Source of the DNA: Chromera velia
Taxonomy: Eukaryota
Assembly: GCA_018398765.1 (NCBI GenBank)
Contig: JAHBMJ010000104.1
Span: 1-57,051 of the forward strand
Length of the DNA: 57,051 bases
Direction of reading: 5' to 3'
Below the pieces are notes generated by a model. That model was given only the letters and a program-made list of their open reading frames with translations. It ran no database searches and was not told the origin of the DNA. A program made the position numbers and the translations under genes. Position 1 is the first letter of the stretch, and the number at the start of each line of letters is the position of its first letter. Positions 12,700 to 27,374 of the stretch are shown piece by piece.

Positions 12700-15600
12700 A
12701 TGAGCAGCCAACCTTTGTTCCGGCCTGGCCTCTCGTTTCTTTCCGCCCTTCTCTGTGCCCTCTCTTTCATAGACGCGCGTTTGGTAGACCGTCCGGTAGG
12801 CGGGGCGGTCGGCCAGGGCGGAATGGGCGGTAGGAGGCCGGCTGCTTCTTTTCTGACATCGTCATCCCGTCACAGCGGGAGTGTCTCTGGAGAGAGGGAA
12901 GAAGATTGGCAGGGGTTTGAGGGCGGGACGGAATTTGTGGATGAGTTCCTTGGATTGGTCCAAAACCGGGAGGATGGCTTCTTTGAGGCTCTGTCAAGGC
13001 ACTCACCTTTGATTTCAGCTGACTGCCCCAGAGGGCTGAATGTCGGCATTCGGGTGTTTGAAGACGGTACAGCAAGATGTATGGACTCTGTGCCCCACAC
13101 GGAGGGGGGCAGCTGCGTGATGGACCAGGACTGCGACCAAGAGGGGTTTCTGACCTGCTCTCGCAATGCTGGGGGGGAAGAGGGGGAGGAACGAAGGTGC
13201 GTGTGTCCAGAGACTTCTCTGGGATCAATTTCGGGTGGAAGCTGTGTGTTGTCAGATGTTCTGAAGAAGAAATTGCAGGAGTGCGAACGCCATTGCAACA
13301 CATCAGACGGATCTAGGTGTGTGCGGGCGTTCCATCCCTCGCACCCTCCAGCCTCCCCTTCTAGCTCGGATAGAGACCGTTTTGTGTGTCAGAAACCGTC
13401 GGCGTCTGAAAAGTTTCTCTCCGGGTGTCGTCGCTGCTCTGCGACCCAGATGGCGCGTTCGGGTTTCTGTGCGGACAGAGAGCACAGTGGGAAGGTGCAG
13501 GAGGGTGAACCTTCTTGTGAGTGCCCGAAGCAGAATCTGCCTTCCGAAGCCACCACGCTCTTTTGGAAGCCTGGGGGCACTGGCTGTGTTGAGCGTGGGG
13601 CTGCGTTTGGGCTCTTCAGAGAGAAGTGCGCCCCGACAGTGGAAGGAGAAAGGGAAAGAGAGAGGAGAGGGGCAGCCGAGCAGGAGGAGGAGGAAGAATT
13701 GGAGAGAGACCCGAGACTTGTGTGCAACGCAGGGAAAGGACTCGTGTGTGCAGACACAGGAGTGTGCAAGTCAGTGATTGAAAACCTTTGTGTTCTGTAT
13801 ACAGGTGGTCAAGTCGTGGAGGAGAGACTCATGAAACACCATATCGTAGTTCCCTCCTGTTCAGTTGAATACCCTCAGCACGGATTTGTTTCCTTTCACC
13901 TGTCAACATGCTAAGCAGCTAGCTCTGTAGGCACACACAAGCAGTCTCTTGGTGGAGGCGCTCCGTTTTAGTTTCCTCCCGATGGATGATAGAGAGGTCT
14001 TTCCCTTTGGTTTTGCATATTCCTCTGTCTCCCTTCCTGAGAATGTGCAGGTGCGACCCCTCACAGCACCTGCAACCCGAGTGGGACCCGAGCTTTCAGG
14101 TCTGCACCGACAGAATCCCTGCAGGTATGTCTGGCCAGTGTCTGCATGACAGAGACTGCGACCTCCTGCAGGGCTTGAACTGTGACTCTGCCACCCTCAC
14201 ATGCTTGAAACCGTCGGAGGAAGAGGGATCTACAGATCAGGCGCCTGTCTGTTCACCGCCGTGTGAGACGAAGGACGAGGTCTGTGCGCGGGGGAGAAAC
14301 GCCAGAAGGGGAAGGGTGAGTGCCTCGACGGGTGTGTGTATACCCTGGGGAGAATCGAAACGGCAGTGTGCGAAGTGTTGGGGTCCTGATTTGAGGCCTT
14401 CGGACGGTGTGTCGTGTGTGGAGGTGGAAGGACGGTGGGAGTGCGTGTGCAAGGGTGTGGGGGCCCGGTGGAATGCCGCGAGTCGTGTGTGTGAGGGCCC
14501 CTCGCACGGAGAGGAATGTGTGCCCCCCACCCTCGCTCCACAAGAGAGTGGTGGAGTGCTGCCTTGCAGTGCTGGTGCCTGGTTGAAGTGCTCAGCAAAG
14601 AATCCTTCCGCCTCCTCTCCCTCTGGTGAGGAGCAGCTGGGTGTGTGTGTATGTGATGAGTCGAAAGGTGTCGACATCAGGTGGAATGCCGACAGAGAAA
14701 GGTGTGCGGATGAGGTACCACACGGAATTGGGGGTGATTGCCTTGACAGTCGGGACTGTGACAGGCGAAAAGGGCTTGTTTGTTCGAGGGGCAGCGGAAA
14801 GTGCGTGTGTGGGGAGACTGCAGAGGGAGAGGACGAGGGGGGACGATTAGAATTTGTAGAGATTCGGGAGACGCCGGAAGGCGGTTGTGCCGTTAACGAA
14901 TTTTACAGTCCTCGTTTTCCTTCATCAGCAAAGGAGAGGGGGAAGAGGTTGATAGCAGAAGGTGTCCGTTTGGGAAGGGAGAATGATGACTTTGAAGCTG
15001 CAAAGCGTCATGCTGTGACGCATAAGGGCACCAGGGAGCTCGAAAGCCAGGGAGCTTTTGCATGTGAAGAAATGGACGAAAATGTCTCGAATGAAATTGA
15101 AGAGGGAGAGAAAAGTGCTGTTCGGGGTGCATGTGGGGCGAACCTTTCCCTTGTGGGGTGCCATCGGACAGCCCGGCTGATGGGTCTCTCTCCTTCTTCG
15201 TGCTTTCGTGAGTTGAATTCTCAACACGAGAGCGAATTCTGGCCCCATCCTGCGTTCAGAGAAGAGAAAGAGGAAGCCTGTGCTCAGTGTAGACACGGGC
15301 AGATGTGTGTGGAGGAGACCTTAGAGGAAGCAGTCGAAGGTTCTATCTCTGTCTGGAGGTGTGAAGAGGCATGCGAGAGGGCGGAGGGGGAAGCGATGAG
15401 AAAAATCAAAATGAAAGACGGACGGTGTTTAACACTCGGTCAGCCAGCAGCCACTCAATTGTTTGGGTGCATAGCGTCTTTGGGTTGGTTGATAATTGGA
15501 TTTATGTGTATTTCTGTTGATCGTCTTTGCTTGTTAAGTGAGCAGGTGGTATGGGTCTATGTTTTCTGAAAATCAAGAGCCAGGATTCATGTGGTCAAAT

Positions 15601-18600
15601 GATTACGCAATTGGATCTTCCTTCCATTCGATAATTTCCCATGACCGATCGACCTTTTCTTGTCTGTCGCTAATGGTTAATTTTGCCCAGATTGCAAGTG
15701 TCTGGAGACACAATTAGAACAAGACTCTTCTCTGATTGCTTTGTTTGTTTGTTACTCTAACAATCGTCCGTCCACTGCCTTAGATCCGCACTCCAAAAAG
15801 AAAGTGACAAAGAATTAAACCATTTGCCTGCTTTTAATTCATTTGTCGAATCGACTTGTGTGAGACTGTTATCCTTCTGTTTTTTTTTTCCTTGCAGAGG
15901 AAGCCTGCGAGGAGAAGTCTTGGTGGGTTTTGCGTCTGTAAGAGTGTGCACGGACTGACATGGACACACGGCAGTGCAGTGCCGCAGTTAATGCACGTGA
16001 TTTTCATTGTTTCAAAATGAACGTCCTTTGATGGCCATCTAGCTGATCTCGCTGGGATCGCTCTCTCACACCCATTTTCTGACGGTCTGCCTGTCCAACA
16101 CACTCGGTGCCAAGACGCTTTTCGCTTTGCACATTGGAGGAGCGTCTCTTCCGGAAGACACGCCGTGCCTGTAGTTCGTCCATACATCCCTCCTTTCATC
16201 CATGCACAGTATTGGACGAATGCGTTCAGGATCTGAGAACGCTTTTGATAATTCCGTCACATTGCTATCACTGAAATGGCTGTTCATATTGATTGATGCA
16301 CGCCGGTGTGAATCCTTCTGCAGCACTGCTTCTCCTGATATGCTGGAGAGGGGCAAAAAGATTGAGTGCAGAGGCGCCCACAGAGTGGAACTCGAGGAAC
16401 TCAAACACGAGTCCCAACTTGTGTGCGCAGAGGAACAGGGTCAGTCGGTGTGCAGAAAGAGCAGGGAAGGACGAACGAATGCAGAAGGACTGCAAACTGA
16501 CGTTGGGGGTTTCATGTACAGAGTCAGCATCGCTTCTTACGGTTCTTTTTTGTCTTCTGCTCTAAGATCTTGCCGTCCAACAGTCTATTTTGCAGCTCCG
16601 TGAGATGTTCACTCGGTCACATTCTTTTGTGTACCTGTTCCTCTCCCCTGCCGCCTCTGTTTCCTTCCTTCTTGCTTGATCTGCAGGACCTCCAAGAACT
16701 CTTGGTCTGTTGGCCTAGCTGCCTGAGTTTTGAATGAATGTTCCTACGGGTGGAGGGGGAGAAAGAATTCCCTTGAAGGAAGAAGGTTGATCGAGGTGTA
16801 ATCTGAATTGACCCCTTTTGACCGACAGTGCAAGCTCCTCTGAACTGGTGAACTAGTCTTGCTTCCTCTTTTGTACGTTTTCTTTCGTAGTCGAAGCCTT
16901 ATAGACGTTTCTCTGCTTTACTTTCTTTCCATTTTTTCTTCGGCGCGCCTCCTTCTCGACTGTTTTTCCCCACATTATTCACAAATCCCCGGTTTTGCTT
17001 GTTGAATTCATACCTTCTTTGCAGGACACGGAGAGCGTTGCGAGGAAGACAGAGACTGCGACATGGAGGCCGGGCTTCTATGTAGAGGTCTGACAGGAGG
17101 GCACGAGTCTCTCTGCCTGTGTGGGGCCTCCGCCGTCTCCTCTGACAGACATGTGTCGTTCAACGAGGCGTTGAAGACTTGCATAGGTTTGTCTGCTTTG
17201 CCTTGTTGACAGTAAAGATTTTGACATTCAATTTTGGTGTACAAGACTACAGCCTGTCTGTTTTCCAACCTTTTTGGACGCAAAATGAGAGCGTATCATC
17301 TTTCTGCAGATCAGAGCATCTATCTCTGTTGGTTTGAAGTGTGATGCCACTAATATTCTTAGTTTGTACGCATGACCCTGTCAAGGGGTTTGACGAATCT
17401 CGCCGTTCCTTTCCATAAGGTTCTTTTCAAAAGGTTTCTTTATTCATGCGCAGCAAAGTGGCAAAGAAGCGGTTGTCTGTTCAGAATTTGATTCGGATCC
17501 TTCCTTTTTTGTCACCACTTTTTTCTACTTCAAGCCACGCCCTCTTGCTGTAGTTTGTTTTTTTCTCCTACCCCCCCTCACCCGTCCTTTCTTCCTGTCC
17601 CTGCTGTGATTGGGCGTGCAGAAGGCAACGAGTTAGGTAAGTCTGGAGCTCGCGCTGCAATGGTCACATAGGCAGCCTGCTCAGAGAACGTGCCAGGGTA
17701 GAAGAGAACGGGTTCCAAGAGATAGGGGTCAGGGTGGCACAAGGATAAGGAAGGAGGGTAAGGAAGAAGATCCCTTGTTTGTTTTCTTCAAGCAACTTTT
17801 GCTTCTATCAACGTCTTAGCTGTGGTCTCTCCCCGTGTGACGCTTGTCACAATGTGAATCAATTGTAGACCAGATACTAATTTTTAATTTAGGTCTCCTT
17901 TTGCATGTAGCTGCACACACCTGAGCAACTCGACATACACAACTGATGTATGCATGCAGGCTACGGGGCCGCCTGTGGAACTCGGGGGTCGCCTCAGTGT
18001 AAGGTGTCCGCAGGGTTGGTGTGCACAAAAGGAAGGACGTGCGCGTGCAAGATGGAGGGAGACAAGAAGGACCCGCACGTCTACTCACATACCAAAAACG
18101 TGTGCCAACGTGAGTTGTTGAGTGCGTCCTGATTCAATTGCGCGACACTCAAAGAATGTGAGTCACATCCTGATTTTGTTAGGCAGCACAAATCTCTGGA
18201 AAGAAAGACGAATGGCTTTGGACACGTTTTGGAAATGACAAACGAGCCAAAGAAAGTTCGAAGCAGCCAAATCAAAACGAAATTGCAAAAAGACAGCGAT
18301 CTCCTCCTCGTGTCGCTCTTGTGTGTGCATGTCGTGAGCTGGGATAATTTTTTTGTTCAACTTCGTGCATTCCTGTCTCTTTTTATGGCTCTTTCTTTCC
18401 ATCCCTAAAAATATTCCGTGACCTTGTTCGTGGCCTAGTCCTTTGTTGTGGTCTCTTTTGACTCTCCTTTGTATGCCCCTCTGCAGCTGTAAAGAATCTC
18501 TTGGGTGGGTCAGTCATTTGGATTGTGTTGTTGTCATTTTTCTCTCCTCTTCACTTTTTCTTGTTGCTTCTGTGTCTTTTTCTTTGATTTCTTCTCGCGC

Positions 18601-21600
18601 TTCTGGGGTGACTATCGCTGTCTAGCAAAATCTCTTTTTTCCAGTCTCTCGTCTAGCTTTGCTTCTCCGCCCTTCCTCCAAAGCTGCACGAATCAGTCAT
18701 GTGAACGTTTTGGGTCCTTTGCATTTATGTCTGGACCTTTGCCAGGAGGTCAGAGCATTTCTGCTTTTTGATCGGTGTCCGCGTGCGTCTGGTGTGTTTG
18801 TATCTCAGGCAAGGGCATCGAGTGCAATTCCAGTTCCGACTGCACATCTCCTCTCTTGTGCCTGAGCAAACTGGAGAAAGTTTTGGGATTGAGTGAGGGC
18901 TCTCAGAAGGAAAGAGAGGGACACATCGGGTTGGAGTCTAGTGGAGGAACAAAGAGGACCTGTGAGTGCCCCCCGAGATTAGGGGGGCCTCTGAGGAGGG
19001 ACAAGAAGACGGGACTCGAGACGACAGCAGTGCAGTTGAAGTTTGATGAGGAGACCGGAGGATGCTTCAGTCAGTCAGTCAGTCAGTCTATTTGTGGGAG
19101 CTCTGTTACTCGGTATGCTTGCCTGCTGACCTGCCTATCTCTCAATCAGCCAGTCTCTTTTCCTGCGCGAAGAACCGCCTTCCTGCACATGTCGCTCCCC
19201 GGTTTTGAAAAGAAAGCGCGAACAACAAACCTGCAACAATGTAACATTGTTCTCTTGTTTCACTTCTTTCCCTGGAAATGATTTGAGTCACCGTGTGCTT
19301 TTTCTGTCTATCTATCTCTGCTGATTCTTTGCAGGCCGAGCTGAAAGTCCGTCAGTCAGGGAGTCAGGAAACTGCCAGTGTATATGCAGAATCACTTACA
19401 AGCTTTTCCACTCCAGCATTTTCTTCTCGTCCTTGAGGTTTCCATCTCCCTCCAGTTTGGATGGGATTGGATGGGATTACTGGTCTGGGTAATTTCTCTC
19501 ACGAATCACCGTGGTGTTCGAAATTAAAGAACTGTACTGAAGGAATTGTGCCGTCACCAAAAGCAATGCCCCACAACGAAGACACCATTTGCTCACGCAG
19601 ATCTCATTAATTCCAGGCGATAGACTTCTCTTGTTTGTCTTCTTTTCAGAGTCATGAAAAACCTTTTCTCTATTTCGATCAGGCAGCGTGCCAGGTGGAG
19701 AAATGAGAATGACCGCCCTTGCTGTACAGCAGAAAACACACCTCATTTCTGCATTTTGTGGCTTCCAGCTTTTTTTGCCGGAGCATTTCCTCCTTTTGTT
19801 CATGTGGAGCTTTTTTCCCATGTCCTTCCTGCTGTCACCCTGTTCCTTGCGTGTGCAGTGGACATGGTTTTGGTCAGCTCTAATGTGGGATATTCGTAGC
19901 GACTTCGTTGCCTTGGGGGGGGAGGGGCGGGGGGATGCTGGATTGGATAAGATCTGGCTTTTTGGAGTGACGATATTTACAGACAGCAGGTGCTTGAATC
20001 TGTGTAGCAAGGGAGTCGCCTCTGGGGTCCGCACAAAAACTTGGTGCGGGATCTCAGAGGAACGACAGAAAGGAATGAATGCCCGTGAGTGAAAGGAAGG
20101 AAGGATCTCTTGGACCGGATCATGGAGTGACTCTCTTAGCTCGGTTTTATCTTTTTCCTCTTTCGCCCTTCTACTGTGCTGTGTTTCTGCTGCTTGCGAT
20201 CATGTTTCCCGCATGTTATTTGTATGAACCATTAGATCGACCTTTTAATCATTATAAAAAAACTCCCTTTTTCCCCCCTCTGAATGGGACATCGATCGGG
20301 AATCCTGGACATTCCATCTTCCCTCCAGAGTCAGTCAGAGAACTACATAGAAAGAGAGAGGTTATTCCGGTAATAAATTCTTGGGGGCAATCTGTGAATC
20401 TTTCAAGAAGATGTACAGTCTCTGGAATGGCATTCTTTCTCTTCGCGTGGCCCCTCAAGTATTCAATTCCTCTACTTGATTTCTTAAGCAGTAGTACTCT
20501 ACAAAAGAAGAGTAAAAGGGACTGTCACCTTCTTATCTTTCATCTTCTTCTCTTGCTGTGTTCTTGTCTATGCAGGTTGTCGAGGATGGTAAGTCTATTT
20601 GTCTATTTCTCTCTGCGTTCCTTCGCGTCCCTTTGCACTGTGCGTTCGCTTCCACTATGCATTCACTCCTTTTTTCTGTCGTGCTCTGTCCTTTAAATCG
20701 AACCGTCATCCCGGCGGCGTCTCTTTCAGGGTCTGTCTTGAAGACAAAATGGCCTTCCCTGTAACAGAGTCGAAACCTTCGATTTGACATTTGCCACATG
20801 GGTGTGTGAGTGTGTGTGTATGTGTATGTGTATTTGTGCGTGCATAGGTTTGTTTGGCCCCCTGTCGACGCACACCTTTTCTCTCTCGCCTTTTTTCTTT
20901 CTTACGCTTTCATGCCATGCACCCACGTGTCTGTCTTATCTATCTGGTGGAATGAATTCTCTCGATCCTCTGCTCTCTTCCTTCTTCAGTTTCGACCTGT
21001 CGGACTTCCACGCTCTTCAAGAGCAGACAGACGCCCTGGAGGCCGCAAAGAGAGAGAAGGAGAGGGACACACAGAGGTCCGCTAGAGAGATCTCAGCGGA
21101 TGCCTCTGCAGACCCTTTGACAGCGCTTCAGGTAGACCAATCGGGGGTCATGGAGGAGGAGGAAGGGGAAACTGATGTCTCGTCAGAAGGAGACGGCAGA
21201 AGAACAGGAACGCTGAGAAGGTCTAGGAAAGGCCTGAGTCCCCTGAAGGCTTTTGCAGAGGACGTCTTCAGAAGATCGCGAAGGTGGCATGGCAACGAGA
21301 GAGGGAAGTCCACAATCAGACACAGAACTAAGAAGGCGGAGAGAAAAGGTCGGAGAGAAATCGCAGGGGAGCTCGCAGGAGTGGGTGAAGGTGACGTGAG
21401 TTTTCTCCAACAAACACAGAAGGAAAGACAAATGAAGACAAAGACAAAGTCGATAGTGCAGTTTTCCGGAGGGTCTCAAACAAATGTGCACGCGATGCAA
21501 ATCAAGAAGCGAAGTTCAGGAAAGGCAAAGTGCATGCAGGGAGAACAGCCAGGCTCTTTCGAGTGCGTGTGCAAAGACGCGGAGACGAACTGGATGTCTG

Positions 21601-22202
21601 ACAAGAGAACATGTTCCACCAGTAAGTCGGCGGGGTTCAATGAGTGTGTTGTCTACATGCACGAATGTGCTTAGACTTCGGAGGACGGGAGAAGAATCCT
21701 CTCGCATTGATATTAATTTGTATGATTGTCTGTTCAGTGCACTGTCCTTTTTAGCTGTTTTGCACCGCGCCTGCGTCTCTTTCTCTCAAACCCAACTTGC
21801 TGCGACATGCTTCACAGGGAAATACGGTTTGCTTACAGATTGCATGTCTGTGTTGAACATTGGAAATGGCATCCTGCTTTTTTTGGACTTCATTTTGACC
21901 CTGCACGGAATTTCTGCTTTTTGCATTCTTTTCCTTAATTGTGTTGCAGGATGGAGCGACAATGGGAAGGTTTGTCGAGTACCGCGCCTTTTTCATATGC
22001 TCTCCTCCCCTTACAACTGCATGCAATCAAACACAGAAACTCTAAACGGCAATGAATTTGGACGCTTAAAGTCAGCAAACGACTGACAATAGACGGGACA
22101 AGCTTTCAGAGCTCATGAATAGACGGATCAGAGAACAAAAACAGACAAGGTCGAGAGCAAAGAGCAAAGGGGTAGAAGGGAGGTTGTACACACACACACG
22201 CA

Positions 22203-22256
<54 letters not shown>

Positions 22257-24487
22257 TAGATAGACGACCACGGACGTACCTGTCTGACTCGCTTTGCATA
22301 TCTGACTGATGAGCAAGATGTTTTTGATTTCCTCTCTGTGAGTTTGTTCAAAGTACCAAATGAATGCGCCACCGCATGCAGGGGGTCGCTGGAGAGAGAG
22401 ACCAACAACGCAAAGTGGTGAGTTTTTCGTTACTTCCTTTTGCCTCAACAGCTGCCGTGCCCCTCCTGACTACGCTTCTTTCCGTCAAATCTTCTTCCAG
22501 GTACATTGCATCATGGATGCTTTCCTCTGATTCCGATTCTTTCAAGGCCGGCGTTGCTGTTAAGGCAAACACAGATCACACAGAAGGGGGCGTCTCTTCT
22601 CTTTCAATGGCAACAAACCAAACATGCATCCTTGCCGTTTCGTTCATGAGATGCTCCCCTTAATTTCCCCATGCAGGCGACTGAGATGAGAGAGGTCTGT
22701 GACTGGACACGCTGGAAAGTTGATTCGTTGTCGTCAACTGCCGTCCAGTCAGGGCATTCAGGACATCTAGAGTTCACCCTCGAGTCCATTGACAGAATTT
22801 AAAAAGCCTACCCCTTTCCCGTGTGTTCGTGGATGTATCCCGAGTGGTTGTCTCTCTCTTTTGAAAGATCTGAGTGGCATGGTCATGGTCTCTGCTGTTT
22901 GCAACCTTAAACTCTGCACCTTTTCTGTCTGGTTGGAAAGCATTGCTAGCCCCGGCTTTTTGAACAACTGCTTGCTTCCTTGACTGTGTGACGGATGACC
23001 TTGACTGACTACATGCAGGCCTCGGCTCGGGAGCAAGAAGAGGAACTGCCGGTGCGTCGTCGCATTGCTTCCTGGAATCATTCAGGAATTTTTCTTCATT
23101 GAAACGGATCTTGAACTCTTGTTGAGCTGTCGTTTCTACCCTCTCTCTTCCTGCTGGACCCGTACAACATCGATTCATTTCCCATATTGGATGAGGAAGT
23201 TCCGTTGCTTAGGAGAGAGAAAAGACAGAAGAAGGACAGGGTGACACTGTGGTCACTTCAAACACCAAAGAAACTGGAACGCTCCTACCTACCAATTCTC
23301 CGCCGAGCGCTTCTTTGCGGGCCGAACCGTTTTTGTCCCTCTTCTTCTGGACTCAAAAAATAAATTGTGACCGGTTCCTTTTCTTTTCTGCCTCCTAATA
23401 TTGTACGTGCGATTACTGATAGGTTGCTTCATTCATTTGCCTTCTCATCGTATTCATTGTTTCTCCCCGTGTGCGCGTGCAGAGATCTACTTCGTCGGTG
23501 ACAGTTTCAGATGTCAGTTGAGGCGCCTTTTTTGAGTCATATTGATTGTACATTCTCTCGCATTTGTTCAGCGAGTATGGACTTGATGATGACATTCTGC
23601 AGGGGGTATTTGAGGACGATGGCAGTTATATGCGAGAACAGAGTTGAGTCCCTCTTCTAGCCCTGCAATGCAATTGATTTAGTTTCAGCGGCTTTTGTTT
23701 CTCTGAACACTGCACTTCCTCCCAGAAGAGCCAGGTGTGAGCGTTATTTGTCGATTAATGGATTTTCTTTTTTGTGGCTGGTTGCAGACATATGATGCCG
23801 AGTCCCCGGTAAGTCAAAGCTGGCGAACCTACAGCGGGCTGTGAATGCAAAGTTCTGCTTTCTGGATCTGATTCGATCGAAGTGCTCTTGGACGACACGG
23901 CATTCTGCGTGCAAAGAGAGAGTAGGTAAAACAATCGTAGTGTTCACACGTACAAAAAGGGTATTTGAATGGCATGTCGACAGGGTTGATTTGAAAAAAA
24001 ACTATTGATCGCTTTGTTGCTCTCACCAATTTCCATCTCCAGTTCCACTTGCTCACTCCCTCTCCCTTTCTCTCCTGTCCGTCCAAATGCATACATGCAG
24101 TCGGCACTGGACACGCACTTCAGTGTAAGTTGGAAGGGGGGGGTCGTCAATCTGCCAAACGGTTTTTCGCACGATCTCGTTTTTTCCTTTCTTGACTATG
24201 GAAAAGGGAAAGAATGAGGGTTGTGTTGCAAGTGCGCCGGAAAAAAGGAGTCATTTTCGCAAATTTCATTCTCTTCTTCGAGGCGCATACATGACGTTGT
24301 CTCTTGTCTCTTTCTTTTCCTGAATGGACACATGTATGATAATCCTGAGAGGAAAGTGCCTCGCTCAACTGTGTGCCTTTCCTCCACTGTGCGCGTTCCC
24401 CGGCACACATGAGGCCTCTTCTGTTCTTCCGACTATCGCATGTCAGACCTTCCGTTGCACGCAACTGCATATTGTTTGAACCACCTC

Positions 24488-24532
<45 letters not shown>

Positions 24533-24552
24533 CCTCCCTCTCTCTCTCTCTG

Positions 24553-24597
<45 letters not shown>

Positions 24598-25824
24598 GCA
24601 AGAGTAAGTGCGTCGAGAGAGTGCTTTCATTTCTTTCACCAAAGAATTTACTTTTTTTGCTCGCCGCTGTGGTTGCTTCATCATTTATTCATGCATGTGT
24701 GTAAGTTGTGATTGTTACTTTGGTGTTCCCCCCCCGAGAGTTGTGATTGCGACTTTATGTGCGCCGCCGAAATGTATCTGTTAAGGTAGCAATGGCATTC
24801 TCTCGGTATATTCATAAAGCTTCAGGTAGCATGACACGAGTGGGTCTCTACGGCCTATCGACTCATGCAATCAACCTGAAAGATGTGAAATGCCCCCGTG
24901 AAAAAACTGGGCGATCTCTCGTACGTCTCCTCCTCCCTTCCTGTCCCCTTTACACTTCTGCCCTCCTTTGCAGGACCCATCAACGATGATCTACGTGAGT
25001 AGATAGTGCAGAGACAAACGGACAGGCAGACAGGTTGACATGCTGCCAGTAAAGGAAGCGCATCATTCGTTAAATGCTCTTCTCATGGGGTCCACTACCC
25101 TGCAGGCCTTTTCCCATTTCCCCTTTCAAAAGCCTCTAGGGTCTCTGACTGAAATTGATCTCCTTTTCGTACTGCACAACAGTGTAAAACGAACTTGTCG
25201 CTCGCAGTCTCTTTCCACTGCTCCACTCGAATTCATACAGTAATACTTTCTGCCGTGGCGTTCTCATGGATTGATGGGCTGTCTCTTCTTCGCATTCACT
25301 CCTGAACTGGCACGGACTCGCTGGCTGTATTTCCTCTCAGAAGGAGGTGGTCAGTCAGTCCACAAATTGAACTTTGATTCTGATGATGTCGCCATGTATT
25401 GAGATTCTTTTCAAATCATGAGCTGAATTTACATGGACTCTCTGGCTACGAAAAGAAGACGAGAGGCAGACGGAGAGACAGACAGGCAGGAAGGAATGTT
25501 CCGTTTGTATTTCATGCACTTTGTTTCTCTTTTCTTTTTTGGAGGGTCGTGCACTCAGGATTCTTGTTAACTTCTGAAGTCAAAGGGCTGTCTGTGCCGT
25601 TGTAGTTGAAACCTACCGTCTTTCCCCCGCAAGAGGAATGTGTGAGTCTTCTCTCTTCAATCTGTGGCCCTCTCGCTCCATTTTTGCCCTTCTGTAGTTT
25701 CACAACCTGATTGGTTGATTGGTTGATTGATGTGTACGCACTCACCTTCCGTCCTCCCTTTGCCTCGTGATGGCAGGCCAACTCTCTGAAGGTCCCATAC
25801 AGACCCGACTGCATAATCACGGTG

Positions 25825-25863
<39 letters not shown>

Positions 25864-26896
25864 AGTCAGTCAGTCAGTCAGTCAGTCAGTCACGCAGTTA
25901 GGCAGGTAGGCAAACGGCCGGCAGGCCCTGTGCTGCAAATTGTTTTCACCTCTCTGTTTCTTTGTACCGCCACAACATAAAGTGGTTCTCGCGTTCTCTC
26001 GTTCTATGCAGCGTTCATGTGGTGGGCCTGCAAATCAAGGCCAAGCAAGTGTGCCCACCTGTTTCCATTTTTTTTGCCGATTTTTTCTGATTCCTTTTTC
26101 CGTCGATAGATTTGACTTTGCCCACTTCAATCCTTCTAATTTGAATGGAAGGTTTTCGTCACCGGTCTCTGTGAATTCTTCCGGGGAGCCCCAAATAAGT
26201 CTCATCAGTAGTGCGCTATTGCTCTGACATGCCTGCCTCTCTAATCTGTGACCATGTGTGCAGGGCTGAAGAAATGTCTGCTTGATTACATGAAGGGTCA
26301 AATTGAGTCGGTACCACGTGTCAATAAGTAGACAACAGTGGACAGATGTTCCAAGGTGGCAAGAAGATGTGTGTGTATGTGTGTGTGGGGGGGGGGGGGG
26401 NNNNNNNNNNNNNNNNNNNNNNNNNNNNNNNNNNNNNNNNNNNNNNNNNNNNNNNNNNNNNNNNNNNNNNNNNNNNNNNNNNNNNNNNNNNNNNNNNNNN
26501 NNNNNNNNNNNNNNNNNNNNNNNNNNNNNNNNNNNNNNNNNNNNNNNNNNNNNNNNNNNNNNNNNNNNNNNNNNNNNNNNNNNNNNNNNNNNNNNNNNNN
26601 NNNNNNNNNNNNNNNNNNNNNNNNNNNGGTAGGGTTGGTTGTCTAAGTTGGTGCGAGTGTGTGCAAGACTATGGGCCTCTTGCTTTTGTTCGGCCGTCTT
26701 TTTGACATCTTCCTTCGAACATGTGTCTCTCTCTTCAAGACGCCATTGCGGCATTCTGTTCCTCCTCTCTTCTGTTCTTCTCGTGCTTTGATTTGACGCA
26801 CCGTGCAATCACTTGCAGGCTGAATTTCTCCTGGTCAGCATGGTTCTGTCTCGGTGATTTCGGAAGAATGGATCGGCCGATTTCGGTGTTGTCCTG

Positions 26897-26943
<47 letters not shown>

Positions 26944-27245
26944 TCTCTCTCTCCCTCTCCCTTCTCTCTCTCTCTCNGTAGGGTTGGTTGTCTAAGTTGG
27001 TGCGAGTGTGTGCAAGACTATGGGCCTCTTGCTTTTGTTCGGCCGTCTTTTTGACATCTTCCTTCGAACATGTGTCTCTCTCTTCAAGACGCCATTGCGG
27101 CATTCTGTTCCTCCTCTCTTCTGTTCTTCTCGTGCTTTGATTTGACGCACCGTGCAATCACTTGCAGGCTGAATTTCTCCTGGTCAGCATGGTTCTGTCT
27201 CGGTGATTTCGGAAGAATGGATCGGCCGATTTCGGTGTTGTCCTG

Positions 27246-27290
<45 letters not shown>

Positions 27291-27329
27291 TCTCTCTCTC
27301 CCTCTCCCTTCTCTCTCTCTCTCCCTCTC

Positions 27330-27374
<45 letters not shown>

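Noticed and set aside
12767..15296. Long antisense ORFs over the Cys-rich exons
   Set aside because: Shadows of GC-rich coding sequence with no recognisable motifs.
26629..27325. Biological duplication of the AEFLL micro-exon
   Set aside because: Near-identical copies joined at a single N beside a gap; most likely an unmerged contig overlap. Needs long reads.
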